A stretch of 64,000 nt of DNA from Pristiophorus japonicus (Eukaryota), in assembly GCF_044704955.1 (NCBI RefSeq), contig NC_091979.1, positions 271,250,001-271,314,000 of the forward strand, written 5' to 3'. Shown piece after piece: positions 51,260 through 63,750 of the stretch. The stretch's first letter is position 1, and the number at the start of each line of letters is the position of its first letter. The notes below the pieces were generated by a model that did not search any database, had not been told where the DNA came from, and was given only the letters and a program-made list of their open reading frames with translations. A program made the translations under genes and the position numbers.

Positions 51260-51560
51260 GTGGCTGCAGCCCCAGAGCCTGACTGAGAGCGGAATGAAGA
51301 GTGATCATCCAGCGCAGTTTGCAGGGGCGCGCCACGTTAACGAGCTGACACTATGATTAAAGCTGACCATTTGTAATGTGTCGCGACCTCGTGAAAGCAT
51401 GAAAAGGTTAATGTGGTAGAACGGAGCAGGACTCTCACACCTGCCTCCCAGAGCAGGACAAGAGCGCAGCCCCTGTCAATCAATCAATTAACCAGGCCCT
51501 TTCCACAGTCAGCTCTCAGCAGCCGGCACAATAAGCAAGTAAACAAAGTCGAACTCCAAT
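51260..51560. promoter_or_regulatory. Candidate conserved enhancer between HMX3 and HMX2
   Basis: GC/CpG-richer island in AT-rich surroundings. CTGTCAATCAATCAATTA at 51473-51490 (Pbx-Meis plus Pbx-Hox on the minus strand), TGATTAA, GTAAACA (Fox) and ACAAT (Sox). Confidence 0.55.
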
Positions 51561-53999
51561 AAGATCGATTCAGGTATGCTACAGAAAGCTTAAATTTTAG
51601 AAGCAAAGTATTAGCAGGGGCGACGTTTAATTGGATAACACTTGATATATGAAGAAGCGATCTTATTAGAGATGGCCTAGAAGAATGCGACTGTATTTGA
51701 ATTAATGTAAAAAACACAACACATGCGTTTGGATCAAGACCCTATATATGTCAATCGATCTGTATTTGTGAATCGAGATGCTTTTTTTTGTAACTGTTAA
51801 GATACAGGATAATCAATTAAAGTACAGTCGCCGAAGTTTGTAATTTATCAGTGAAGTGAATGCAGATGGGATGAAAAGGCAAATTCCTGGCTATCCTAAA
51901 ATTAGTGAAATGTTAAGTTTTTAATCATTGCGACACTTTCAAAAGTTGGCCTCAAGTAATCTTATGCTTACAAGGCTCCACTGTGTAATCAGGTAATCAA
52001 TAGAAGGAATACTGCTAATCTTTCGCCAACCTACCAACTTTCTGGGGAGCCTGGAACTCTCAGTCAAATCAGTAAGGCAATATTTGGGGGCGGGGGTGGT
52101 TAGTGTATCTGGAAAGCGATTTAAAAACGAATCAGCAAATTTCTAGCTTTGCGTTTATTAACCAGCTATTACTATCATTTATCAAAATCATATCGTCCTA
52201 CAAACTCTGACTGGTCAGCACGGTTAATGTGTTATTCCAATGGTTCACCTATCTGTACATGATGAAATACTCAGACTACGGAATAGATGCATCTTACTTC
52301 GATCAACCGCTAACCAGCTAGTTCCTTAATTAAACCTAGGATTCAATTAGACAGTCATAAATTAATCCATTTCTTAATGGTACATCTACCTCAACTAATG
52401 TAGCAGCGGCGTTGGAGATTTTGTCATCGATCAAGGAACTGGTTAATTTATTCACTTATCAACTGACGGTCCAATGAGCACTAAATGCATTGTGTGTTAC
52501 TCACGTCTGTATATATGTTGATAGTAGTTAGTAAACAAATTGTAGACGTGGTCAATGTCTTGGACAACCACTGCACATATTGCGCGATTTCGCTGTTTAT
52601 CAGATCCTTTGCAAAATGTCAGAAACATTTACAATGCAGCGAGAATAAACACAAGAACTGTTCTTATATGTGGAAAATTAACACAACTGTATTTGCTGTG
52701 CTTGAATTTGTCTTGTATATTTAGTTCTACACTGCATTCCTTGATAAATTGCTAATTACAATATGAACATATTGGATGCAACTCTAGAAATATCCAACCG
52801 CGCCTCTCCATTATCTGGAATGTTATTTCTACAACCAACATATCTTCAAAATGCTTTTATGGAACTCAACTTACGGAAACTTAATTCCAATCAGTTTGTC
52901 TCTATCCCTGATCTCAAGAATATAAAAATGAAGTGGCTAAAACATTATAACCTCTGTGGCGAATTAACGATCGATCCAAGCTTAAAAGAGGGTTCATTTA
53001 ACATAAAATATTCAATTTCGCCCATTCCAATAGGAAAGTCAAGTAACTGTATCCAGGAGCTGGTAATCACAGTCCGATTGAATCCTAATGACGAGTTTTA
53101 AAATACTGACATCAATTGGCTTTACTAAGTTGTTTATCTTATTTCCTCTCCTGTCATATCAATAATTTGTTGAATGTCTGCTGAGATCTCGTATTGCGTA
53201 TTTCCCGGCGTCGCCACGATGCCTGACGCCAATGTAATTGCTGTACCTGGTACATGACCCATCTAACTGCACTTAACCTTCGTTTTTTATAGCGAGTTTA
53301 AAACCTCAAAATCAACTGTTAATATTTTCAGTTATATGCTAACACAACTCTAGTGCCAAACCCAGCACCAAAGAAAGAGTAGCAATCTTCAATTGCTTAA
53401 ATCTCAGTCACCAGCATCAGGTGCGTCTTGTACCAGCCACATTCAGAGCACAGATTGGTAACCAAGTTTACCATCACTCTCTAGCCAACATTCAGGTTTT
53501 GGTAAAGTTTAGATAACCCTACCGCAACCAAACTCACCCACCATGACCGGTTTCCAACCAATAGTTACCACAATCTGTTACCAGCTTCCACTACAGTCTT
53601 ACAAGGCTCCAGGTGAGATCATGGTAACCTCCTCTACACTAAACATAACATAAAACTCGACTGCAGTCGAACTTGCATTTTGCAGAAATGAACGTTCCAT
53701 GAATTAGTTCCACTATTGAAACATAAGCCAACATTTCGCTGATATGACAGTATCGCCAGGCTGCTCCAGTCACAGCCTAGTATTGCTCACGCCAGCAATC
53801 TTCATAACTATATTGTCCAAAATAGAAGGCCTACATCAAACCGGGTCAGATCTGTCACAATGGAATGAGGAATTAGTCACAATTTTCAGATTTTCTAGAT
53901 CTCTCAACAAAACAAATAAAAGAAATTCTGCAATTTAGTTTCCCATTTGAATAGCGTTCTTTACTCTGAAATTCTCTCATAACATTTTATAATTGTGAA

Positions 54000-54637
54000 A
54001 ATTCTGATTTATGGCGAACCCACCCATACCCTGCCCGAGAACAGCAACATCACCGCAGAAGGACTCAGGGACAGTTACCAAATGAATCTAAGTCCTTTTA
54101 GAAGTCTGTAATTATGAGCGGCCCCACTCCTGATTCCAGTAAGCAATAACCAGCCTCCATTGAGCCTAGTATCTAGACAGACGGTAGCACTCTCAAATGA
54201 CCTGTACCGCAGCCTAACGTTCATTAAAACTTAAAACAAGTCAGTGTCACCACATGCGCGTATTGGGGCCGCATCTATTGTCACACTGCATTGCATCATC
54301 CTCTTCCAAAGCAAGAATATGTTTTAACATCGCAAACATCCACAATCAATCAAATCCTTGGGTTAACCTAACCATCCCTCCGCTTGTGGAAAGTTCAAAA
54401 TTTCCGGGACTGACTGCTGTTTTTGATTGGCTGCAGCGACTCAAACCTACATGCAAATCAGCCAACGCCACTGACTAGGCAGCAGATCAATACAGGTTTA
54501 CGGGACGCAGAGAATGCATTCAGCCCGTGCATGCTCAGGGAAAGCGACTGCAGAACAAAGCCACAACAATATACGCCGTCTAACACTTCTGCAAGCGATT
54601 GTAAGTAAGTTTATTTCCTTTTTTTTATGAACGCAGA
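54000..54637 (+). promoter_or_regulatory. HMX2 proximal promoter / 5'UTR
   Basis: TGATTTATGG (Pbx-Hox) at 54005-54014, reverse CCAAT (ATTGG) at 54426, octamer ATGCAAAT at 54451-54458. Confidence 0.5.
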
Positions 54638-54902
54638 ATGAGCAACAAAGACGACATCACAAAGTGTTCTCCAGCCCCGATCTCCAGCTTTACGATACAG
54701 TCCATACTTGGGACCACGTCGGAGGAAGAACGCACAGGTTGCAAAGACAATGCAAAAGTAAATGCCAGGAAGCGCTGTTTATCCGACTCCTCGGACGAAG
54801 AGTTAACCAAGGAAGCATACAAAGACCTCGCCTGCTTCTGTTCTGACTCTGGTCCCACAGAGCCCTGTCGTAGACATCAGACTATCAGCTACACTTGTGT
54901 GA
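54638..54902 (+). CDS. HMX2: Homeobox protein HMX2 (NKX5-2), coding exon 1
   Basis: MSNKDDITKCSPAPISSFTIQSILG (eh1 motif). The frame-preserving donor is GTGA|GTAAGT at 54902/54903, phase 1. Confidence 0.94.
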
Positions 54903-56057
54903 GTAAGTAAAGCAAAATCCTTTATATTTATCGTGTACCATTCTCCCCAACTCCTTTTCGTGTATAGTTTGAAACAAATCATTTTATTTGAGAAACACCC
55001 TTAATATCATGCTTAAATTTAAACACGATTTATACATGTTTTTTATTTATAGTTTTATATATATTTAAGTTATGCCGTAATACAATATATAAATGTCTCC
55101 GACGATTGAAGCTAACGCCCAAGCATGTACCAATATTGTCGACCCATTACAAATCAACCATGATTCTTTCATAAAAACCGAAAACGCTAGAAACACTTGA
55201 CAGATCAGACAGCGTCTGTGGACTCGAATACTTTGGACGGATTTACTCGGTGAAGATGCATTGTAGAAACAGAAAGGACTTTCCGTATGTTACTGCGGAC
55301 AGAAAACACTCGCACGGTTGGCTTTTGAAAGCAGCAATTTAGCGTTTCATAAAATAACGCGACCATTTGGTAAATAGAATTCAAGGATTGAAGTTTAACA
55401 GTCACGTTGTGACTGGAAGCCCAGGTACGAGACGACCACAGCAGTCCTGTTCCTGCTATCTTTCACACCACATTGGTTCTGGGCTATAATGTACTTATAT
55501 GACTATTTATTTTAATCAAATTTAATATCGCAAATTACAATACAAATTAGGGAATGCCCTTCCATTTCGTCCTTCACTGAAAGTTTACACAGCCCAAACA
55601 ACGGAGTCAAGCAACGGCATGTAGCAAAATTATGACAGTAAACGTAAAAATTACAGGTGAGGCATATTAGGGGCTGTATGTTAATTCAGGACATTTTACA
55701 ATATGTTAGTGTATAGAGTTGGAAAAATAGGTTTCCTTGCCACCCAATATTATACACTTCATTGTTCTGGCTCTCCATTGACACCTTAGAATATAGTTCT
55801 AATTATATTTAAAGGCAGTTTCTTATAATAAGTTTTAAAACAGTGGTGCATGTCATGCGTCCCGGCACTCCAGAGCAGAAAACAACATGATCAAAATGAA
55901 TGTAAATTGTATGTGTCGTTCCGTTATTCTTGGCGTATAGACAACTCAAGTCAGTTTTCTATTAATATATATCAAGGGAGAGGTGTAGTGGAAAGTTGAG
56001 GACTACAAAGATCAGTAAGAATATATCTGAGATATGCCTTATTTTTCTGCTTTTTAG

Positions 56058-56596
56058 GTAATTCTAAAGGAGTTGGCACCGCTGGGCAGGAAGGCACGGA
56101 GAGAAGGCAGCAGTACCTGTCGCAAGATGGTCAGGTTTACAAGGAAGAAAAAGAGAAAAATTGCACGCAGACATCAACAGACAGACAGAGGGAGACAGAC
56201 AGACAAGGAAATCCAGCCAAGAAGAAGACTCGCACGGTTTTCTCTCGGAGCCAAGTCTACCAACTCGAATCCACCTTCGACATGAAACGTTACCTGAGCA
56301 GCTCGGAGAGGGCTTGCCTCGCCACCAGCCTCCAGCTCACAGAGACCCAGGTCAAAACCTGGTTCCAGAACCGCAGGAACAAGTGGAAGCGGCAGCTCTC
56401 AGCAGAACTCGAGGCGGCCAACATGGCCCACGCATCAGCGCAGACTCTAGTAGGAATGCCTCTAGTTTTCAGAGACAATTCCCTTTTGAGGGTTCCAGTC
56501 CCCAGATCAATTGCGTTCCCAGCTCCTTTGTACTACCCAGGCAGCAACCTGACAGCTCTTCCCTTCTACAATCTCTACAACAAAGTCGAATACTGA
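56058..56596 (+). CDS. HMX2: Homeobox protein HMX2, coding exon 2; 267 aa in total
   Basis: Acceptor TTTTTAG at 56057. [60 protein letters not shown] (HMX2-type VKTWF), [24 protein letters not shown], ending YNKVEY*. Confidence 0.96.
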
Positions 56597-57226
56597 CATT
56601 TTCTGCTCCACGTCTCTTTATAATTGTTTAACAATTAAATTGTATATTTATATAATATCCGTATCTGTTTAAAATATATCTTTCTTATATGCAACCACTT
56701 GCATAATTATAAAGACAATGTGCTTCTCTATAAATTGTATTAAATATACAGTGTATATATGGATTATTTTGCAGTTTCTTATTTGATAATAAGTTATTTA
56801 TTTCCTACAATTGCAGATGGGTGCGTTATGCTAAAAAATGTTCACATCAAAATAGATATTTCAGGATATAAAAACACACATGAAGAAAATGTACTGATTA
56901 TAAGAATATTTATTAATGGATAACAGGAAACCACAAAGCACACACCTGATCTGGGCACATTGCTCGACTCTGGCAAGAGGAAATCATTTTTGACATAATA
57001 GCAAGTCATTTTTTGACAAGGAAATTTAATAGACAACAATGATACAGAAGGAACAATAGGCATGCTTACTGTGCACATTGTTTGCTTTTTTTGCTTATTT
57101 CACTCACGGCACCCAAAGCAACACTGACATAATGGCGCTTGTTATAGTTTTTGCAACAGGAAATGCAGACAGGTGTGTACGACATGTCTAACCTTATTTA
57201 AGGATATTTTGTTCATAGGGTAAATT

Positions 57227-57232
57227 AATAAA
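57227..57232 (+). terminator. Possible HMX2 polyadenylation signal
   Basis: AATAAA about 630 nt after the stop codon. Confidence 0.45.
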
Positions 57233-59779
57233 TTGAAAACCTAAAACAGAAAAAAATATAAGTAGAGCGTTGTGTGTAATGTTGCGGAAACGTCATCATA
57301 CTTCCAAAGCAATCTGAATGTGTTGCTATCACACAAACGTAAACTTTCTGTGTAAAAGATTATAGTTAGAAATTCTCATAAATATTACTTCCAAATCTCA
57401 CGACTTGTTATTTAAGATCCCCAAATAATGAACAGACAAACCTTACAGTAAAGGTGATAAATAGTGCAATTAAAGCGTGCAATAATGGACGTCTTAAATA
57501 TTTTGCTTATTCTTAAATTTAGCGCCTTTGATATGAGGAATAAATTTAGGTTGGCATTTCAGAGTAATGCATTGGGCAACGGTAAGATTAATTCATAGTA
57601 TTTAATTAAAATCTTGGAAAGCAGTATTTTTTAATTTAAATAATCTATAAAGGCACCTTTTTGCGCTATTCAACTCAGTTGCAAAAATGTTAAAACGTAT
57701 TGCATTATTCACCCAACAGAATGGCAATCTTAAATAATAGAAAAGGGCAAAGTCTGCATTTTTGAACTAACTGTGTAGACTGAGGCCAGTGGTCAAAAAT
57801 TACATGAATCAGAGGCAACATAACGTAGCACACCTCTTAGAATTTAACTCCAGGGGTATATTTTGTAACAGTTCACAAAAGACGCATTTATATATTTTTG
57901 ATGCAGCAAATAATCAAGAATACGAAAAGCTGGAAGAGTAACATAAAGAATTTTCGTGTATTATTATTACGGTCATGTGCCATTTTACAATGCGTACATT
58001 GACATTTCTACTTAGTTAACACAGATATTTTATTTAATTTAAATGTTTCTAAATGAACGACCAATACTTTCAACTATCGTTTAATAATGTCCCCAGTTTG
58101 AAATTCCACATTTTCTGCACACCCTTCAGTTCAACATAGAGATATACAGAAGCCAATCTGCGAAATATTTTTTGTCCAAATTAAATGTAACATCGTTTAA
58201 TCAACATCTCAGAAGCATGAAATGCAACGCAGGAGCTTGTTCTGATATGAGCATTTGCCTTCTATCAAAACTTGGGCGGAGTAACCTATTTCTTCTACTA
58301 AATATTTACCTTTATTGTGAAATACCGTATCTACGTTTTATTTCTACGACATTGAACATTAACTGATATAAAAACAGAAAAATGTTCTTGTATTTGAAGG
58401 GAGCATCGTGATTTTTTAAATGTTAGTGCTATAAATATGTAGTGTGAACTTTCACCACATGTTGCTTAACGGTGCAGTTCAAGGCACCAAGAGCTAATTT
58501 GCTTAGATTTGCATTTGAACTTCTTAGTAGAATATTAGACCGTATTTGCAAACTTTACTTAGGATCTCCGAAAACATTGGGTAATAAGACATGTATCAGA
58601 TTTTCAGAGACAAATTAAAAGCAGCAATACGTGAAAACTATTATTTTTTTATTAAATAAATAACGTTTAAAGATAGTAACATCTACGCAATATACGTGAC
58701 AGAGGGAAGTATATTATATTTTCCTGTTCCGTTATAAAATATTACTCAAATATAACGTACTTTGTACCTGCATATTTGTGGATTACTCAGAACTGAAAAT
58801 GGGCTCCGCAGAGTGAATCTCTAATTAAACGCAATATATTAATATTTATAGAACATTTTTGGCATTTAAATAAAAATGTTCAATCAGCACTGGTATTATT
58901 GTGGAACATGATATTTGTAATGCTTTGCAAATATGGTACGGGTGTGTTGGGACAAAAAATTATTAGAATGAACTAAGAACAATTTGAAAATGTTCATTAT
59001 CAATAATTCGTTGGATCATTTTAGAGAAAAGCGCATTTTTTTACAGGAGTAACAGAAGACCCTACGAGTACATTTATTGTTTTAATATAACGTAAACATC
59101 ACAAATTGAATTATTGAACAAATGATGTCGATTAAATCAAAGTATAGCTATTAAATGTTAACAATAGTAATGCAAAGATATATGTCTATTTCTGAACAAC
59201 GTCAATAGTATTAATAGTAACAGTTTGAATAACATGCATGGATAATAAATGCACATTAACTCGTGGTATTGAATGTCCGGAAAACACTAGATAACAACCC
59301 AACATTCATCTATTATGTATGCATGTTATATTTTAATTACTTTAATACTGCTGATACCCTCAATATATTCTCTATGCATACACGTTACTATATTGCATTG
59401 CCATTAAATCTGTAAGAGTTACTTCCTCCCTAGTTGAAAATCTAAACCATAGTGATTCAATTTAATGTAGTGGTTTACAATATTTCAACATTTGCGTTAA
59501 TATTATATGTTTATAAATGCTACGCTTTAAAAGTAGTTGAACTGTTGGAGTTCTCTAAAGTTACAAAACATTACAAAGTTGCATTCTTGCCCTATGCGAA
59601 AACCTGTAACATATTTGTTAATGGCTCTGCCCTTTACAGGACTTTTCTTTTAAAAAAAATAAACTTGTGTTTCAATGTAACCCATTCTCCTTATTTGCAA
59701 TTTCCCTCTGAAATCGAGCCACCACACTCGTTCAAGTTGAAGTTGGAATCTTGCAGCTTGAAGGGGTAAGCCTGTACAA

Positions 59780-60470
59780 ACGGGCGCGTCACGTGACCGA
59801 CGCTGGGCGGCTGGGAGCAGCCGCGACGTCACATCCTCCACCCAAGCAGACGGGAGGCGCGCCAAAGCGGGCCTGTTTTAAACCGACCAATCAGAAGGAA
59901 GGATAGTTACCGGCGGCGGCGCGCTGTGGAACATTCGGAGTGGAATCGTGTTGGTTTTGATTCGGTTATTATTTGAAAAGAGAGATAAAAGAGAAGGGGA
60001 GGAGAAAGGTAGGTAATGGGTGCGGAGAGGAGAGGGCCAGCTTCGTTCGGTGAGGCGGCGTCCGCAAGGGCTGCCGGCCGAGGGGGTAGCGGGAGGTTTT
60101 CTTGCTGGTTCGCAGCGGCATGATGATCTCCTCCAGCTCCTCCTGTCCATGATGCGAGCCGTTCATGCGGCTTCTGCCGGCGATTCGCCGCCGCTGGGGT
60201 AGGTGTAGGCCGCAGGCCTGAGGCTGTGCGGTTCAGACCAGTGGCAGTCCGCCCGGGTGTTCGGACTTACGGGGAGAGAGTGCGGAGTTTCATTGAAGCT
60301 TAAATACAGCCGGGGACATACGACCCCCGGTTACATGCTCTCCTCTACCCGCCCTCCGTCAAATAAATGTCTTTAATTGCCAACAAAGTGAACGGAGTTT
60401 GCTTTGGATTTGGGATTTGACCCGGAATTGAGCGCCAGCATGCACATCAGTTTGGTATGGCGGCCATTTT
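59780..60470 (+). promoter_or_regulatory. CpG-island promoter with a probable non-coding first exon (donor at 60008/60009); likely the BUB3 5' end by synteny
   Basis: GTCACGTGAC at 59788, GACGTCAC at 59825, E2F GGCGCGCCAAA at 59856, CCAAT at 59887, TTTAAA/TTTGAA (CHR) at 59877/59972, AAG|GTAGGT donor, YY1 ATGGCGGCCATTTT at 60457. Gene identity rests only on the HMX3-HMX2-BUB3 order known in other vertebrates. Confidence 0.75.
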
Positions 60471-60914
60471 ATTTGTCAGCAACACTTTGAATGCAGTTTC
60501 CAATTATTGATTCTTTTTTCCAAGCAATAATCCCTTCAGTGGTTTTATACCGTAATGCTTAAAGTTGTTATATAAATCGCGTTGCTTTTGCTGATGATCA
60601 TATGGCTGATTCTGCCACCAATGACTTGCCTACATTTTTTTTATATATCTAAAAAGGGAAGCATAGAACTTAGTGCATTAATAATTCTCTCTTTTTATTC
60701 TGCGACTGACACCATTTTGTTTATGGACAGATAGCATTCCTGCTTTTTTTTTCCCCAGTCAGTCTGGGACTCTGTCATTAAACCTGCTGACATGTTGGGT
60801 TTGGAGTCTGGAACGCCAATGCATTAACCTAACTAATAATGGCCACTGTACGCTTTGACCTGAAGAGAAGTGGGCCCAGGTAACTTAGGGAATGGATTTG
60901 ACAACTCTCATTCA

Positions 60915-61930
60915 TATAATGTAGAACAATTTCCCAAGCTGCTTCAGAGTTGCAAGGCTAAAAATGGACACTGAGCTAAAAAGTAAAGATGATATTAGAA
61001 GTGGTAAAAGGTGGGACATAAAGCATGAGAGGGAGGTGAAGAGGTGGAACTTGGGTAGTAGGCGATGTGGTGGGAGGATGAAATGCACAAGTTGCAGTGG
61101 GAGAAATTGAGACTTTTTGGAGGAGGTGTAGGTTTGGAGATAAGTTCAAGGGTTAAGTTATGAGGAGAGATTACCCACATTTATATTGCCTAGAATTTAG
61201 AAGGTTATGGGATGATTTGATTGAAGTTTTCAGGGGAACAGATATGGTTGCTTTCTATCTACCCTTTCTGCTGTTTGGGGATTCAAGGACTAGGAGGCAT
61301 AGTCTAAAAAAATTAGAGCCAGACCTTTCAGGAGTGAAATTAGGAAACACTTCTACACAGGCTGGCAGAAGTTTAGAATTCTCTTCTGCAAATGGCAATT
61401 GATAGATCAATTATTAATTTTAAATTGGAGCATAATAGCTTTTGGTTAAACAAAGGTATTGCGGGATATGGGCCAAAGGTGGGTATATGGAGTTGGATTA
61501 CAGATCAGCCATGATTTCATTGAATGACAGAACAGGCTCAAGGGGCTGAATGGCCTACTCCTGTTTCTATGTTCCTGAGGTGTGGTGAGGCCATGGAGGA
61601 ACCTAGATAGGGGTGAGGATTTAAATTTTGAGGTGTTGGAGACATTGGAAGATAATGTAGGTCAGTGAGGATGGGGATGATGAGCAAGTGGAACTTGGTG
61701 TGGGATATGAAATGGACATTGAAGTTTTGGATGAGCTGAAGTTTATGGAAGGGGAAGCAGGCCAGATGTACATTGGAGCAGGTGATAAAGTATGAATGAC
61801 GGTTTCAACAGCAGATTGTCCGATGTAGGGATGGAAGCGGGTGATAGTGAGGTGATGTGGAAGTAGGTGGTCTTTATGATCGAGAGAATGTGGGTCTGGG
61901 TATCAATAGGATATCAAGGCTATTACATAT
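60915..61930. mobile_element. Old L2-like relic (minus strand) interrupted by a degraded CR1 3' end (61160-61575, plus strand)
   Basis: CR1 peptides LYCLEFRRLWDDLIEVF and RTRRHSLK with 3'UTR ...TGGCCTACTCCTGTTTCTATGTTC. Purine-rich flanks resemble reverse-strand L2. Confidence 0.55.
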
Positions 61931-62089
61931 GCCAGAAATTGGTCCAGCTCTTGCTTGAAGGAATATTGTAATGAAGAGGCCATGGGAAATGGTGAGGTCT
62001 ATGATGTAGCCATGATTATGGATAGGGGAGGCTATGAAAACTTCTCATTAACACCCCAAACACTGGAAGTGACTGCATCTTTCCAGTGA

Positions 62090-63140
62090 AACTCTTTTAG
62101 AGTCTACCTGTAAAACATAAAACATTAAACCGTGCCACCCGCCCTGGATGACACAGCAGACATTTACAAGGCCTTTTTTTTTTCTTGTTTTTTTTTTGTG
62201 TTTTTCTTTTTTTTTTGGGCGCTAAAATCAAATTTTTTTCCAGTGCCCTCTATAAAAGGGGAGGGGGACACTAAAAGCACCGGCAATTAAAACAAATTAA
62301 ACTTTAAAATGTAAAATCAAATTAAAATTTGGTTGCCGCGCGTGATGATGCACTCCAGTCCCTCCGGTGCCCACCTCTCGCGGAAGGCCACGAGCGTACC
62401 GGTGGACACCGTGTGCTCCATCTCCAAGGACACCCTGGACCGGATGTAAGAGCGGAAGAGAGGCAGGCAGTCAGGTTGAACGACCGCCCGCTGCCTGGAC
62501 CGGCTGATGGCACCCTTGGCCGTGCCCAGGAGCAGTCCTACGAGGAGGCCTTCGGACCTACCCGCTCTCCTCCGCACAGGGTGCCCAAAGATCAGGAGAG
62601 TGGGACTGAAGTGCAGCCAGAATTTCAGGAGCAGCCCCTTCAAATAATGGAACAGGGGCTGCAACCTCATGCACTCAATAAAAATGTGGAACACGGACTC
62701 CTCCAGACCGCAGAAATTGCAGGCGGCCTGGGAGTCCGTGAACGGCTTAAAAATTTGTTGCACGGCACTGCTCCATGCACCACCCTCCAGGCCAAGCCCC
62801 CGATGAATAGTGGGAGGACCCCTGCGTAGAGTGCCCTCCATCGGGGACCCCTGCCTCCTCCGGACGGCAAGATGGTACGCCATGGCGTGTCCGGACGGCC
62901 GGCGAGGATGGCAAAGTTGAGAGTGTACAGGAGCAGCCCGTACAGGAAACCCCTCCGCGCGGAACTGAAAGGCACGGAGGGGATTTCCCCGAGGCGGCTC
63001 AAGTTGTGAGGCGCCGGCCCCCGAGGGAGATTCCAGGGTTTGGCGCCGATGAGGAATTCCGTCCGGACGGGGGTCAGTTCGGACGGGATCTCCCCACGTG
63101 CTTGAGCCTCCTCGATGCACCTAACGGAGTCGGGGCCCAG
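62090..63140 (-). mobile_element. Young Tx1/L1-clade retrotransposon 3' kilobase (C-terminal zinc-knuckle region and 3'UTR)
   Basis: WRVVHGAVPCNKFL, CNFCGLEESVFHIFIEC (CCHC) and WAPEGLECII. CpG-rich, with an A-rich tract in the 3'UTR. Confidence 0.88.
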
Positions 63141-63204
63141 AGCTCTTTTTAGTGACTCGATGTGAATAGCTTTAAAAGAAATTTGTCTGAAACCAGTTAT
63201 TTTA

Positions 63205-63750
63205 CTAATTAGTATTATTTCAAGGAAAGATCTGTGATAGGGTGGAGGGCAGGAGTGATTAAAGGACAAAAGATGGTGCAAGGCAAAAGGGGGATGATAA
63301 TGGGGCAAGTATGGAAACAAAAGATGGGCCCAGAGCAGGTACAAATGATAACAGCAGAGGAGTAGAGAAACATGGGAAATCTGGTAATGTTGAGCGGCTT
63401 GGCATGGCCTGGGAATTTGGCATAGGAAAGGCAGGTGCAGATCATCCTGCTGGCCATGTACCAAAAGGAGATCCCCACCCCAAGCACTAACCCATACCCC
63501 TCCACTCCCAGAGCTCTGGTGCAGTCATCTTCCATTACCAGCACCTACTGTCCGAGAGAAAATGGGAGCAGTGGTTAAGATCTAAAGTTAAGGCCGGAAT
63601 GCTGTAAAGTGCATAATCAAAAGATGAGGTGCTGTTTCTCAAGTTTGCATTGAACTTCATTGGAACAGCATAGGAGGCAAAGGACAGAGAGATCAGAATG
63701 AGATGGGGAATTACAGTAACAAGCAACTGGAAGCTAGGGGTCATGCTTGC
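63205..63750 (-). mobile_element. Penelope-like element relic (GIY-YIG C-terminus and 3' region)
   Basis: Minus strand at ~63575-63680 reads LLCCSNEVQCKLEKQHLIF*LCTLQHSGLN, resembling the C-terminus of Penelope endonucleases. Confidence 0.55.

Noticed and set aside
53657-53670. Perfect 14-bp palindrome TCGACTGCAGTCGA
   Set aside because: About four palindromes of this length are expected by chance in 64 kb (64000/4^7).
54601-54636. GTAAGT...CAG micro-intron in the HMX2 5'UTR
   Set aside because: At 36 nt it is well below the usual vertebrate minimum intron length.
59878-60202. Short ORFs on both strands of the CpG island
   Set aside because: No recognisable protein; such ORFs are expected in GC-rich DNA and do not resemble BUB3.
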